Below are positions 17,429 to 26,533 of a DNA stretch of 64,000 nucleotides, piece by piece (positions within the stretch are counted from its first letter, which is position 1; the number at the start of each line of letters is the position of its first letter). The notes beneath the pieces were generated by a model. It had not been told where the DNA came from and did not search any database. It saw only the letters and a list, made by a program, of their open reading frames with translations. The position numbers were made by a program, and so were the translations under genes. This DNA is from an uncultured Synergistaceae bacterium. Lineage in GTDB: Bacteria > Synergistota > Synergistia > Synergistales > Aminobacteriaceae. The stretch lies in contig CAYZZX010000002.1 of assembly GCA_964483085.1 (NCBI GenBank), positions 898-64,897 of the forward strand, written 5' to 3'.

Positions 17429-18637
17429 CTATCTCTTTTGTTCCGGTTCATGGCAGTCTTTGCTTGCGGTAATTCCCTCCAGTTCGGCGGAAAGAGGGAT
17501 TTTATGAAGGCGGAGTGCTTCAAAGATTTTCTCAGCCCCCGGAATGTTCGAACACAGGAACTTCACCCTTCCGCCGCTTGTGAGCCGGAATTCCACTCCC
17601 CAATCCGTGCGGCTGGAAAGGAGCAGTGCCTGCCCTATCATTCGCCAGTTCACAAGACCTGCTATAAACATTATGGTCCGCAGCCACCGCGGAGGCCTGT
17701 AGTCGGCGAATTCCGCAGACACAATATCTGCGAAGGCGATTCGCTGCTCCTTCTCCATGGTCTGCAGAATCAGTGATTCCGGCAGAATCTGCAGGGCAAA
17801 GGAAGCGTATTTCGCCGACCAGCAGAGGATGGAGGCAAAAATCAGGCCGATCAGCCAGAAGAGGAGAGTGAACCACGCGCTGCCGTAGGAGAAGTCAAGT
17901 ATGTCAGCCCGGTCGAAAATATGAACCGAGAGGACAAAGGGCATCCCTAGAAAGAGTGCCGCCATTGTAAAGGCTATAAGATCGGGAAGGATGACCGCTG
18001 ACCAGCGGGGGTACAGGATCGCCCCGGCGGGATGCTTCTTCCGGGGAATAAACAGGTAGAGGGCAGCGCCGAGCAGAAGGGGCAAGGCCGTCAGAGAGCG
18101 GAAGGGGTGCGCGACTGCCGAGGGGACTCCATTTCCGATGGCAGTGCCCGGGCCCTCCATGACCATTCCGAGGTACTGCGGCCCTGAAGGAAAGGAATAC
18201 TTCAGGTACCGGAAGCTCTCACTTTCTTCAACCAGTTCGGTGACGAGGGCGGAAAAGGGCTCTTCTTTTCCGTGGTAGTAAAAGTCTTTCCCGTACGTTT
18301 TGCCTGCCTCTCTCCAGGCAATGGGAGACCGGTCTGACGGCGACAGAATGCCGGTGAAAATATCCGGCCATGGAGCTCCCTTCACCACGGTCAGCCGATT
18401 TTCTGTCTTCGAATCGATGAACTCTGCAATAGATGTGAAGGGGGTGACCGAACGGATAAACTTTCCGGCAGCCCCCTGGGCTCCGAAGATGCCCTGAGAG
18501 GGGCTGTAGGCGGATTGGTACTCCTTCCCCATGTCCACTCTGTAGAGACGGATAAAACTCTCCCTCACAGTAAAATAAAAAACGATGGCGATGAAAAGCA
18601 GGGCGAGCGCTCCAAGCCTTCGATACAACTCTCTCAT
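17429..18637 (-). CDS. Polytopic membrane protein, unknown family
   Basis: 402-aa ORF. It has an N-terminal TM helix (LGALALLFIAIVFYF), an extracytoplasmic domain of about 170 aa, and then three or four TM helices (LTALPLLLGAALYLFI, AVILPDLIAFTMAALFLGMPFVL, WFTLLFWLIGLIFASILCW). The C-terminal soluble domain (LQILPESLILQTMEKEQRIAFADIVSAEF...) is reminiscent of bacterial PH-like domains; this is unverified. Confidence 0.8.
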   Translation of the reverse strand: MRELYRRLGALALLFIAIVFYFTVRESFIRLYRVDMGKEYQSAYSPSQGIFGAQGAAGKFIRSVTPFTSIAEFIDSKTENRLTVVKGAPWPDIFTGILSPSDRSPIAWREAGKTYGKDFYYHGKEEPFSALVTELVEESESFRYLKYSFPSGPQYLGMVMEGPGTAIGNGVPSAVAHPFRSLTALPLLLGAALYLFIPRKKHPAGAILYPRWSAVILPDLIAFTMAALFLGMPFVLSVHIFDRADILDFSYGSAWFTLLFWLIGLIFASILCWSAKYASFALQILPESLILQTMEKEQRIAFADIVSAEFADYRPPRWLRTIMFIAGLVNWRMIGQALLLSSRTDWGVEFRLTSGGRVKFLCSNIPGAEKIFEALRLHKIPLSAELEGITASKDCHEPEQKR

Positions 18638-18667
18638 GAATTCACCCCGATTTGCGACGGGTCCGGC

Positions 18668-20563
18668 TCATGGAAGCTCTATCTCCATCCAGGAGGCTCC
18701 GTCGACTAAGCGGAAAAACCCTCTCCTTGTGCCCAAAAGCATCCCTCCACGGGAATATGGAAGGGAGGACAGGACCTCTGCGTTGGAGAAGATTTCACGC
18801 TCCATGGAAAAGGTGTTCTTCTCCTCTCCGGGGATGAGGCGCACAAGGAACCCACCCAAAAGAGCGAACAAGCCGCCTTTCTCTCCGGAGAAAACATCGG
18901 TGAGGTAGCTCAGAGGGGACCATGAATATCCGGAAATATTCGCCACCTTCACTTCACCGTCCCGGACAGAATATCCCCAGAAGCCGTTTCTCGAAGATCC
19001 CCAGATCATTTCCGTACCGGTGAAGGCTAAGGAGCGGATTCCATAGTTTATATACGTGTTCTTCCAGCTCACCCCTCCGTCTCCTGATACGGAAAAACCC
19101 CTGTCCGTGCCGAGGGCTATATGAACTCCGTCGGGGGAGTTCAAAGAGTATACGTACCCCCCCTCAATTCCTTCCACCTGCTGCCATGAGAAACCGTCGG
19201 GAGAGCGGTACAGTCCGCCCCGTCCTGTCGCCGCAAGGAGGCTGCCCTCTGCGGTCGTGATCATGGTGAAGGGAGGTTCCTCCGAGGGAAAGGGCAGTTC
19301 GGACCAGATCCTTCCTCCATCCTCAGAGAGGAGGATCCCTCCCTTCGCTCCGGCGTACATCCGTCCACCGGACGCTGAAAGGATGAAAGACGCAGGCATT
19401 CTGCCTCCGGTACTTCCCGCACTTCGCCATGATACCCCTCCGTTTCTCGAGAGGTACAGCTTTCCCGAGCGGGTGAGGGCGAGAACGTCGCCCGTTTCGG
19501 TCTCGTCAAGCCCCACCACCGGGTCTGACGGAAGAATCGGCTTCAACGGTTTATGCTCGTTTTCAGCGAAGAAAAGCCCGCTGTCCGACGTCCCAGCGAG
19601 AATGCCTCCGGAGAACGGCACGAGGGAGGTGACAGACATCCCTTCCTCTTCTCCGGGAGCAATCGGGTACCAGTATTGTCCATCGTCGGAAGAGACAAAC
19701 AGGCCGTTTCCGTGGGTTGCGGCCCACACGGCACCCCTTTCGTCAACGGTGAGAGCCTGCACGGAAACATTGGAAGGAAGCCCTTCTGAAGAGGCGCTCC
19801 ATGGGCCTCCATCTTTCCTTCGGAAAACGCCCCCTTCAAGAGTGCCGGCAAAGAGGGTTTTGGTGCCCGGATTCCATGCCAGAGAGAGGACAAAGGGATT
19901 TGCAGGCCCTTCGGCATCAGAATCCCATGTTTTTCCGCCGTCGTCGGTGAAAAGGACTCCATCTCCGAAAGAGGCCGCCCATATCCTCTGCGTGCCGGGA
20001 TTGAGGATATCCATGATCGGAAATTCTCCTTTTTCGCCCATGGCTTTTTCAAAGTTCAGGTCATCTCCCGATGCCCAGAGGAGTCCCTTCTCCCAGTGCA
20101 CTCCGACATACGTCCCCTTGAGAGAGGCGGTGAGGGATTTGATGGCGCCGCCGCTTTTCAGGGATTTCCACCTTTCTCCTCCGTCGGTTGAGCTCAGCAG
20201 CTCATCGAAGGTGGAGAGAAAGAGCCGCCCATCCGGAGAAATAATCAGTGAAAAAAGGTGGGACGGAGGAATTTTTCCGCCAAGGTGCCTCCAGCTTTTC
20301 CCTCCGTTGACTGAGGAGTACAGCCCTCCCTTTTCGGAGGCAAGAACGAAAAGGCGGCCTTCGGAATCTTTTGTGACGGTCAGTATGGGCGGCCATTCAG
20401 TATCGGCAGACCGCGCGGGACCTGCCAGCGCAGAGAAGGGAAGGGCAAGTTCCATCAGAAATAGTGTGAAAAAAGCTGCTATCAAGGCAAACAGACTCAA
20501 TCTTGCCGGAGAAAAGGGGCAACGAGGATTTTTTTTGAACAGGCGTATTGTGAAAGAAGTCAT
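18668..20563 (-). CDS. Membrane-anchored BNR/Asp-box repeat beta-propeller protein
   Basis: 631-aa ORF with an N-terminal anchor (LSLFALIAAFFTLFLMELALPFSALA). At least seven Asp-box motifs (S-x-D-x-G-x-x-W) are present: SVNGGKSW, STDGGERW, TDDGGKTW, SDDGQYW, SRNGGVSW, SEDGGRIW and SGDGGVSW. The RBS gggagg lies 9 nt upstream of the ATG. Confidence 0.85.
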   Translation of the reverse strand: MTSFTIRLFKKNPRCPFSPARLSLFALIAAFFTLFLMELALPFSALAGPARSADTEWPPILTVTKDSEGRLFVLASEKGGLYSSVNGGKSWRHLGGKIPPSHLFSLIISPDGRLFLSTFDELLSSTDGGERWKSLKSGGAIKSLTASLKGTYVGVHWEKGLLWASGDDLNFEKAMGEKGEFPIMDILNPGTQRIWAASFGDGVLFTDDGGKTWDSDAEGPANPFVLSLAWNPGTKTLFAGTLEGGVFRRKDGGPWSASSEGLPSNVSVQALTVDERGAVWAATHGNGLFVSSDDGQYWYPIAPGEEEGMSVTSLVPFSGGILAGTSDSGLFFAENEHKPLKPILPSDPVVGLDETETGDVLALTRSGKLYLSRNGGVSWRSAGSTGGRMPASFILSASGGRMYAGAKGGILLSEDGGRIWSELPFPSEEPPFTMITTAEGSLLAATGRGGLYRSPDGFSWQQVEGIEGGYVYSLNSPDGVHIALGTDRGFSVSGDGGVSWKNTYINYGIRSLAFTGTEMIWGSSRNGFWGYSVRDGEVKVANISGYSWSPLSYLTDVFSGEKGGLFALLGGFLVRLIPGEEKNTFSMEREIFSNAEVLSSLPYSRGGMLLGTRRGFFRLVDGASWMEIELP

Positions 20564-20626
20564 GTTCGCTGCACCTCCCGGAGAGAGAAAGAGTACCGCC
20601 TTTCAGTGAAAGGAGTGTGACGGGGC

Positions 20627-20655
20627 ATTATACTTCTGAGAATAATTTTACCACG
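20627..20655 (-). promoter_or_regulatory. Candidate sigma70-type promoter of the five-gene minus-strand operon
   Basis: A perfect TATAAT lies on the minus strand (complement of 20627-20632), with a weak -35 (GTGGTA/CGTGGT) 16-17 nt upstream. The predicted leader contains a small hairpin, cctttc-act-gaaagg. Confidence 0.35.
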
Positions 20656-20732
20656 AGGATCCGGTTTATTTCACGATGTATTCTGAATTATTTCCGCGGT
20701 ACCTTGAACTGGTGCTGCTCTGCAAAAAAACC

Positions 20733-20760
20733 TTGCAATGGGAGATGGTACGTGTATTAT
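20733..20760 (+). promoter_or_regulatory. Candidate promoter of alaS operon
   Basis: TTGCAA (20733-20738), a 16-nt spacer, then TATTAT (20755-20760), about 115 nt upstream of the alaS ATG in an AT-rich intergenic region. Confidence 0.4.
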
Positions 20761-20877
20761 AGTAGTTTTGAGGTAAATAATTGTTCTCTTGAGCATGCCC
20801 TGAGCAGATGCAGGCTGATGTAAGGGGCAGCGGGGAATAGGTAACGGAATCCGACTTTCGGGGGAGGAAATATATTC

Positions 20878-23529
20878 ATGAAGTGGAGATCCGGCAAGGA
20901 AATACGTTCGTTATTCATAGATTTTTGGGTATCAAAGGGAAGCAGGCATTATCCGAGCTTCTCCCTTATCCCCGAGGATCCCTCCCTGTTGTTCACTATA
21001 GCGGGGATGGTGCCCTTCAAGCCTTATTATCTGGGGATCGAAAAGCCTCCCGTGCCGAGGGCGGTGACGTCCCAGAAGTGCGTCCGCACCAACGACATCG
21101 AAAACGTCGGACGGACCGCCCGGCACCATACTTTTTTCGAGATGCTGGGGAACTTCGCCTGGGGCGATTACTTCAAAAAAGAAGCTATCACCTGGGGGTG
21201 GGAATTCCTCACGGAGGTCATCGGCCTTGAACCGGAGCGCCTCTCCGTCACCATATACAAGGACGACGAGGAGGCCTACGATGCGTGGAGGAACCTAGTG
21301 GGCGTTCCCGATGAGCGGATTTTTCGCTTCGATAAAAAAGACAACTTCTGGTTCATGGGAAGCCAGGGTCCCTGCGGTCCGTGCTCGGAGATCATGTACG
21401 ACCAGGGACCATCCTTTTCGTGCGGAAAACCCGAATGTGCGGTGGGGTGCGACTGCGACCGGTACCTGGAGATATGGAACCTCGTCTTCACCCAGTTCGA
21501 CCTGCAGAAGGACGGGTCTCTCGTTCCTCTGCCGAAGAAGAACATCGACACGGGAATGGGCCTCGAGCGGCTGACCTCCATCGTTCAGCGGGTGCGGACC
21601 GATTTCGAGACGGACCTTTTCAAACCACTGATCGACCGGGCCTGTGCCCTGGGCGGAGTGCGCTACGGCGATAACCCGAAGACGGACCTCGCCGTGCGAG
21701 TCATCGCTGACCACGTCCGCTCCGTCGTTTTCATGATCGCCGACGGCATTCTTCCCTCCAACGAAGGGCGGGGGTACGTCCTCCGGCGCCTTCTGCGGAG
21801 GGCCGAACGGTTCGGCCGCCTCCTCGGAGTGGACCGTCCCTTCCTTCTCGACTTCCTTCCCGATGTCCTCGAGCTGATGCAGGACCCCTACCGGGAATTG
21901 GCCGACAACCTTCTTACTATTCAATCCATCATCGAGGTGGAGGAGAAGCGCTTCGACCGCACCCTGCTGTCGGGTACAGAGCTCCTTGAGGAGGAGATTT
22001 CCCGACTCACAGCCTCGGGGCGGGGAGTTCTTCCCGGAGATGTGGCCTTTGCCCTGTACGACACCTACGGTTTTCCCCTTGAGCTGACCGCCGAGATCGT
22101 GGAGGAGCGGGGGCTCGCCGTGGACCGGGAGGGCTTCAACCGGGAGATGACCGCCCAGCGGGAGCGAGCCCGGGGCTCGAGTAAGCAGAAACGCAGCGAA
22201 ATGGCCGGAGATGTGTGGTCCGATCTGAGCGAACGCTTCGGCGAAACACCCTTTTCTGGTCAAGCGGAAGGAGAGGCTGTCTCTGTGGTGACCGCCCTCG
22301 TGATGAACGGAGAAGAGGTGCCCAGTCTCGAAGAAGGGGACGAGGGGGAGGTCCTGCTTGACAGCACACCCTTCTACGCCGAGAAGGGCGGTCAGGTGGG
22401 AGACCGGGGAACCCTCTCCTCCCTTGAGGGGAAGGCCGAAGTTCTCGATACGGTGGTCCGGGGCAGAGGACTGTCCGCTCACCGGGTGAAAATCCTCTCG
22501 GGAACCCTTACTACGGGAGACTCCCTCCGCCCCTGTGTGAATACGGATCGGCAGAGGGCCATTCGGAGAAACCACACGGCCACCCACCTCCTTCACGAGG
22601 CCCTCGGAAGAATATTGGGGGGGCACGTCCGCCAATCCGGTTCCCTGGTGGGGGAGGGCTTCCTTCGCTTCGACTTCACTCATTATGAGCCCCTTTCCGA
22701 AGAACAGATCCTCTCCGTGGAGGAGAAGGTCAACGAAAAAATCCTGGAGAATCTCCCCCTCGAAATTGCAGAGGGAACCATGGAGGAGGCCCGGGCACAG
22801 GGTGCCAAGGCCCTTTTCGAGGAGAAGTACGGCGAAGTGGTGCGGATGGTGCGTATTCCCTCCTTCGCCCTTGAGCTGTGCGGCGGACTCCACGCCCTTT
22901 CCACGGGAGAGATCGGCCTCTTCAAGATACTGCGTGAGGAGGGGATCGGCTCGGGCACGAGGCGGATCACCGCCGTCACGGGGAAGGGGGCATTGAAGCA
23001 TTTTCAGCGTCTCTCGAGCGGAATGGGACAGTTGAGCGCCCTGCTCTCCGTGGAGGAGGATGCAGTTCTGCCCCGGGTGGAGCGCCTTCAGGAAGAGGTC
23101 AAAACCCTCACGCGGAAGGTCGACGAGGTACGCCTGGCCAATCTCGGCACCTCCCTTGAGACTACTCTGAAAAAAGACGTGTTGCCCTCCGGCATCGAGG
23201 CCGCATGGGGGCGCTTCGACGGTCTTTCCGCCGATAACCTGCGGGAGATGGGGGACCGGGTGAAGAACGCCTCCCGGGGAAAAGGTATCGTGATTCTTCT
23301 CGCCTCGGCGGAGGGGGAGAACATCACCCTCGTAGCCATGGCCGACGAAGAGGCGGTGAAGAGGGGCGTCTCCGCTGGAAAGATCGTGAAGGAGAGCTCT
23401 GTTCGCCTCGGCGGCGGCGGTGGAGGACGGCCCAATCTTGCCCAGGGAGGCGGAAAGGATCCGTCCCTGCTCGAAGATGTTTTTCAAGCGTTTCTCTCTC
23501 TGGCGGAGGGGCAGATAAAACAAGGATGA
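20878..23529 (+). CDS. alaS: Alanine--tRNA ligase
   Basis: 883-aa ORF with a class II AlaRS core (FTIAGMVPFKPYY, RHHTFFEMLGNFAWGDYFK) and the editing-domain motif HTATHLLHEAL. The C-terminal DHHA1-like domain ends GGGGGGRPNLAQGGG. Confidence 0.97.
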   Translation: MKWRSGKEIRSLFIDFWVSKGSRHYPSFSLIPEDPSLLFTIAGMVPFKPYYLGIEKPPVPRAVTSQKCVRTNDIENVGRTARHHTFFEMLGNFAWGDYFKKEAITWGWEFLTEVIGLEPERLSVTIYKDDEEAYDAWRNLVGVPDERIFRFDKKDNFWFMGSQGPCGPCSEIMYDQGPSFSCGKPECAVGCDCDRYLEIWNLVFTQFDLQKDGSLVPLPKKNIDTGMGLERLTSIVQRVRTDFETDLFKPLIDRACALGGVRYGDNPKTDLAVRVIADHVRSVVFMIADGILPSNEGRGYVLRRLLRRAERFGRLLGVDRPFLLDFLPDVLELMQDPYRELADNLLTIQSIIEVEEKRFDRTLLSGTELLEEEISRLTASGRGVLPGDVAFALYDTYGFPLELTAEIVEERGLAVDREGFNREMTAQRERARGSSKQKRSEMAGDVWSDLSERFGETPFSGQAEGEAVSVVTALVMNGEEVPSLEEGDEGEVLLDSTPFYAEKGGQVGDRGTLSSLEGKAEVLDTVVRGRGLSAHRVKILSGTLTTGDSLRPCVNTDRQRAIRRNHTATHLLHEALGRILGGHVRQSGSLVGEGFLRFDFTHYEPLSEEQILSVEEKVNEKILENLPLEIAEGTMEEARAQGAKALFEEKYGEVVRMVRIPSFALELCGGLHALSTGEIGLFKILREEGIGSGTRRITAVTGKGALKHFQRLSSGMGQLSALLSVEEDAVLPRVERLQEEVKTLTRKVDEVRLANLGTSLETTLKKDVLPSGIEAAWGRFDGLSADNLREMGDRVKNASRGKGIVILLASAEGENITLVAMADEEAVKRGVSAGKIVKESSVRLGGGGGGRPNLAQGGGKDPSLLEDVFQAFLSLAEGQIKQG

Positions 23530-23948
23530 GACGGATTCTCGCCCTCGACATGGGGACGGTCCGGATCGGGGTCGCCGTCAGCGACCCCCTCGGGATGTTC
23601 GCCACGGGAATCGGCGTTCTTTCCGTCGAAGGGGAATGGGAAAAAGAGCTCGACGACCTCATGGTCCGCTACACTCCGTCAGTGCTCCTTATCGGCGTTC
23701 CCGTGCGGACCACCGGTCACAAGGGGCCGGAGGCCCTGCGGATTGAGGAGCAGGCGAAAAGCCTGTCGGAGCGGTATCCCGATGTGAAGGTGCTCCTTCA
23801 CGATGAACGATACTCCACGGTCATCGCCCAACAGGCCCTGATCGAGGCTAACGTCTCCCGGAAGGGCAGAAAGGGGAAGGTCGACCAGGTGGCCGCCGCC
23901 CTGATCCTGCAGAGCTGGCTTGACCGGGCGGGGAGAGAGCCGGAATGA
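23526..23948 (+). CDS. ruvX: Putative pre-16S rRNA nuclease / Holliday junction resolvase-like YqgF
   Basis: 140-aa ORF reading ILALDMGTVRIGVAVSD ... DERYSTVIAQQAL ... VDQVAAALILQSWLD. It has ATGA overlaps with both alaS and mutS. Confidence 0.9.
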   Translation: MRRILALDMGTVRIGVAVSDPLGMFATGIGVLSVEGEWEKELDDLMVRYTPSVLLIGVPVRTTGHKGPEALRIEEQAKSLSERYPDVKVLLHDERYSTVIAQQALIEANVSRKGRKGKVDQVAAALILQSWLDRAGREPE

Positions 23949-26533
23949 AGGGACTTCCGCCGGGAGTGAAGGTCACCCCCATGCTCTCCCAGTATCTGGA
24001 ATGGAAGGAGAAATACCCCGACTGCATCCTTTTCTTCCGTATGGGGGATTTTTACGAGATGTTCTTCGACGACGCCCGAAAGGCCTCGGAGATACTGGAC
24101 ATCACCCTCACAGCCCGTGACCCTGATAAAAAAATCCCCATGGCTGGAGTGCCCTGGCACTCGATGCAGCCCTATCTCGCCCGGCTCGTCAAGGCCGGAT
24201 ACAGCGTCGCCATCTGCGACCAGATAAGCGAACCGGACGGTAAAACCCTTGTGGAGCGGAGGGTCGTACGAATTGTCACCCCCGGAACCTACGTTCCCGA
24301 GGAAGCCGGAACGGGAGGGCACCTTGCGGCACTGATGCCTTTCGGGGAGCTCTACGCCCTTGCCCTCCTCTCCGTTGAGACCGGGCGGCTTGAGGCGGGG
24401 CTCTTCCCCCCCTCCGAAGCCCTCTCCATTCTGGGGTCCTTTGCGCCGGGGGAGCTGCTGCTTCCTTCTGGCTTCTCTCTGCCCAAGGACTTTCCCCTTG
24501 CCCGGGAATTTTTCCTCCTTCCCCGGCCGAAGGAGTTCTTCTCTCCCGCCTCGGGAACCCGTCAGTTGAAGCAGACCTGGAACGTGGCTTCTCTCGGATC
24601 CTTCGGCGTGCGGGACGATTCACCGGAGGCAGGGTGCGCCGCCGCAGCTCTCCGGTATCTCTCGGAGACCCAGTTCGGAGCCGTAGATCATGTCCGCCGG
24701 GTACACCCACTCCTGTCGAGGGAACATCTCCTTCTCGACGGAGCCACAGCGGCTCATCTCGAACTCGTGGACGAGGAAGGCCCCTCACTCTTTTCATGCC
24801 TCAATCGCTGCCGGAACGCCATGGGAAAAAGAATGCTTCGAGAGTGGATCCTTCGCCCATTGCTGCACGCCGAACCCCTGAAAATCCGCCACGATTCCGT
24901 GGAGTTTCTGCTCACGGAAGGCGATAGACGGAGAAGCCTGCGCAATCTTCTCGGAGAATGCAGAGATATTCAGCGGGCCACATCCCGTCTTTCCCTCGGC
25001 ACGGGAACTCCCCGGGATATGGGAGCCCTGCGGGACACCCTCCGCCTCCTTCCATCCCTTCTTCCTCTCTGCGATGGAGCTCTCACCCCCTGGATTCAGG
25101 GACTTCCGGATTTTTCACCCCTTGGCGATCTTTTGGAGGCGGCCCTCGAGGAGGATCTGCCCCGGAACCCCGCTGCGGGAGGGATCATTCGGAGGGGCTT
25201 CGACTCCGAGCTTGATGAATGGCGGGCCGTTGAGACCGGAGCCACGGACTGGCTTGAGGCCTATCTCGCAAGAGTGCGTACGGAGACGGGGATAACCCGC
25301 CTCAAGGCCGGGTTCAACAAGATCTACGGATACTATCTCGAGGTGAGCAGAGGCGCCCTTTCCTCCGTTCCGGAGGAGTTTCAGCGGAAGCAGACCCTCG
25401 TGAACGCCGAGCGGTTCGTCACCCCTGAGATGAAGACCTTCGAGGAGAAGATGAACCGGGCAGGGGAGGAGATCTCCCGGCGGGAGGGGAAGCTCTACGA
25501 CCGGCTGAGGCAGGAGGCGGCGTCCTCCCTTGAGGGGCTTCAGGCCCTCGGAGAGTCTCTCGCTTCCCTCGATGTCCTCGCATCCCTCGCGGAGGTGGCC
25601 CGGGAGCGCGGCTATGTCCGCCCGGAACTGGACGACTCGGGGGACCTCTTCGTCACGGGGGGAAGGCACCCCGTGGTGGAGCAGATCCTCACCGATTCTC
25701 CTTTTGTGCCGAACTCCTACTCCCTGGAGGAGGACGAAAAGCGGATCGTCCTACTCACAGGGCCGAACATGGCGGGAAAATCCACCTATCTTCGGACGGC
25801 AGCCCTGCTGATTCTTCTCTCTCAGATGGGAAGCTTTATCCCCGCAGAGTCGGCCCGCATGGGGCTCTTCGACCGGATCTTCACCCGCATCGGCGCCCGG
25901 GACGACCTCGCCCGGGGGAGCAGCACCTTCATGGTGGAGATGCTTGAGACGGCCTCCATTCTCTCGAACCTCACGGACAGGAGCCTCGTCATTCTTGATG
26001 AAGTGGGGCGGGGGACGTCCACCTACGACGGAATGAGCATCGCCTGGGCGGTGCTCGAACACCTTGCCGAGGGGTGCGGCTGTCTGCCCAAGGTCCTTTT
26101 CGCCACCCATTTCCATGAACTGACCTGTCTCGAGGAGCGATTCCCCTCCATAATCAACCTCTCCATGGCCGTGAAGGAGGAGGGGGGAGAGATTTTCTTC
26201 CTCCACCAGGTGGTCAGAGGAAGCGCCGACCGCTCCTACGGCATTGAGGTCGCCCGTCTCGCAGGACTCCCCAGGACTGTGCTGAAGCGGGCCTTCGACC
26301 TTCTCAAGCGCTTCGAGAAGGAAGAGCGGACGGGAAGCATGGCAAAGAAAAAGAAGGCAGCGGATGAGGGGCGGCAGATGAAGCTCTTCGATTCTGCGCA
26401 GCAGGGAATCATTGAGGAGCTTGCCGAGACGGACCCCGACGGGCTCACCCCCTTCCGGGCCCTGGAACTTCTCTATTCCCTGAGGGAAAAGAGCAGGGAG
26501 GTGCTTCGAAATGAAAATATCTCTTCTTCCTGA
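23945..26533 (+). CDS. mutS: DNA mismatch repair protein MutS
   Basis: 862-aa ORF with TPMLSQYLEWKEKYPDCILFFRMGDFYEMFFDDA at the N-terminus. Walker A is LLTGPNMAGKSTYLR, followed by SLVILDEVGRGTSTYDG and FATHFHELT. Confidence 0.97.
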   Translation: MKGLPPGVKVTPMLSQYLEWKEKYPDCILFFRMGDFYEMFFDDARKASEILDITLTARDPDKKIPMAGVPWHSMQPYLARLVKAGYSVAICDQISEPDGKTLVERRVVRIVTPGTYVPEEAGTGGHLAALMPFGELYALALLSVETGRLEAGLFPPSEALSILGSFAPGELLLPSGFSLPKDFPLAREFFLLPRPKEFFSPASGTRQLKQTWNVASLGSFGVRDDSPEAGCAAAALRYLSETQFGAVDHVRRVHPLLSREHLLLDGATAAHLELVDEEGPSLFSCLNRCRNAMGKRMLREWILRPLLHAEPLKIRHDSVEFLLTEGDRRRSLRNLLGECRDIQRATSRLSLGTGTPRDMGALRDTLRLLPSLLPLCDGALTPWIQGLPDFSPLGDLLEAALEEDLPRNPAAGGIIRRGFDSELDEWRAVETGATDWLEAYLARVRTETGITRLKAGFNKIYGYYLEVSRGALSSVPEEFQRKQTLVNAERFVTPEMKTFEEKMNRAGEEISRREGKLYDRLRQEAASSLEGLQALGESLASLDVLASLAEVARERGYVRPELDDSGDLFVTGGRHPVVEQILTDSPFVPNSYSLEEDEKRIVLLTGPNMAGKSTYLRTAALLILLSQMGSFIPAESARMGLFDRIFTRIGARDDLARGSSTFMVEMLETASILSNLTDRSLVILDEVGRGTSTYDGMSIAWAVLEHLAEGCGCLPKVLFATHFHELTCLEERFPSIINLSMAVKEEGGEIFFLHQVVRGSADRSYGIEVARLAGLPRTVLKRAFDLLKRFEKEERTGSMAKKKKAADEGRQMKLFDSAQQGIIEELAETDPDGLTPFRALELLYSLREKSREVLRNENISSS

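Noticed and set aside
20695-20703. The sequence cgcggtacc, whose reverse complement is ggtaccgcg, resembles the conserved core of the T-box motif on the minus strand.
   Set aside because: It is a 9-nt palindrome-like match only. It would precede a BNR-repeat gene rather than an aminoacyl-tRNA synthetase or amino-acid gene. No flanking stem I, specifier loop or terminator/antiterminator structure is evident.
20617-20823. A 68-aa ORF in the alaS upstream intergenic region. The question was whether this 314-nt spacer holds a T-box, a riboswitch or a structured RNA gene.
   Set aside because: The ORF has no RBS and an implausible composition. The leader after the candidate promoter is only about 115 nt, and I could not find specifier or T-box elements in the correct orientation. 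No SRP, 6S or RNase P hallmarks were seen. The region is better explained as divergent promoters.
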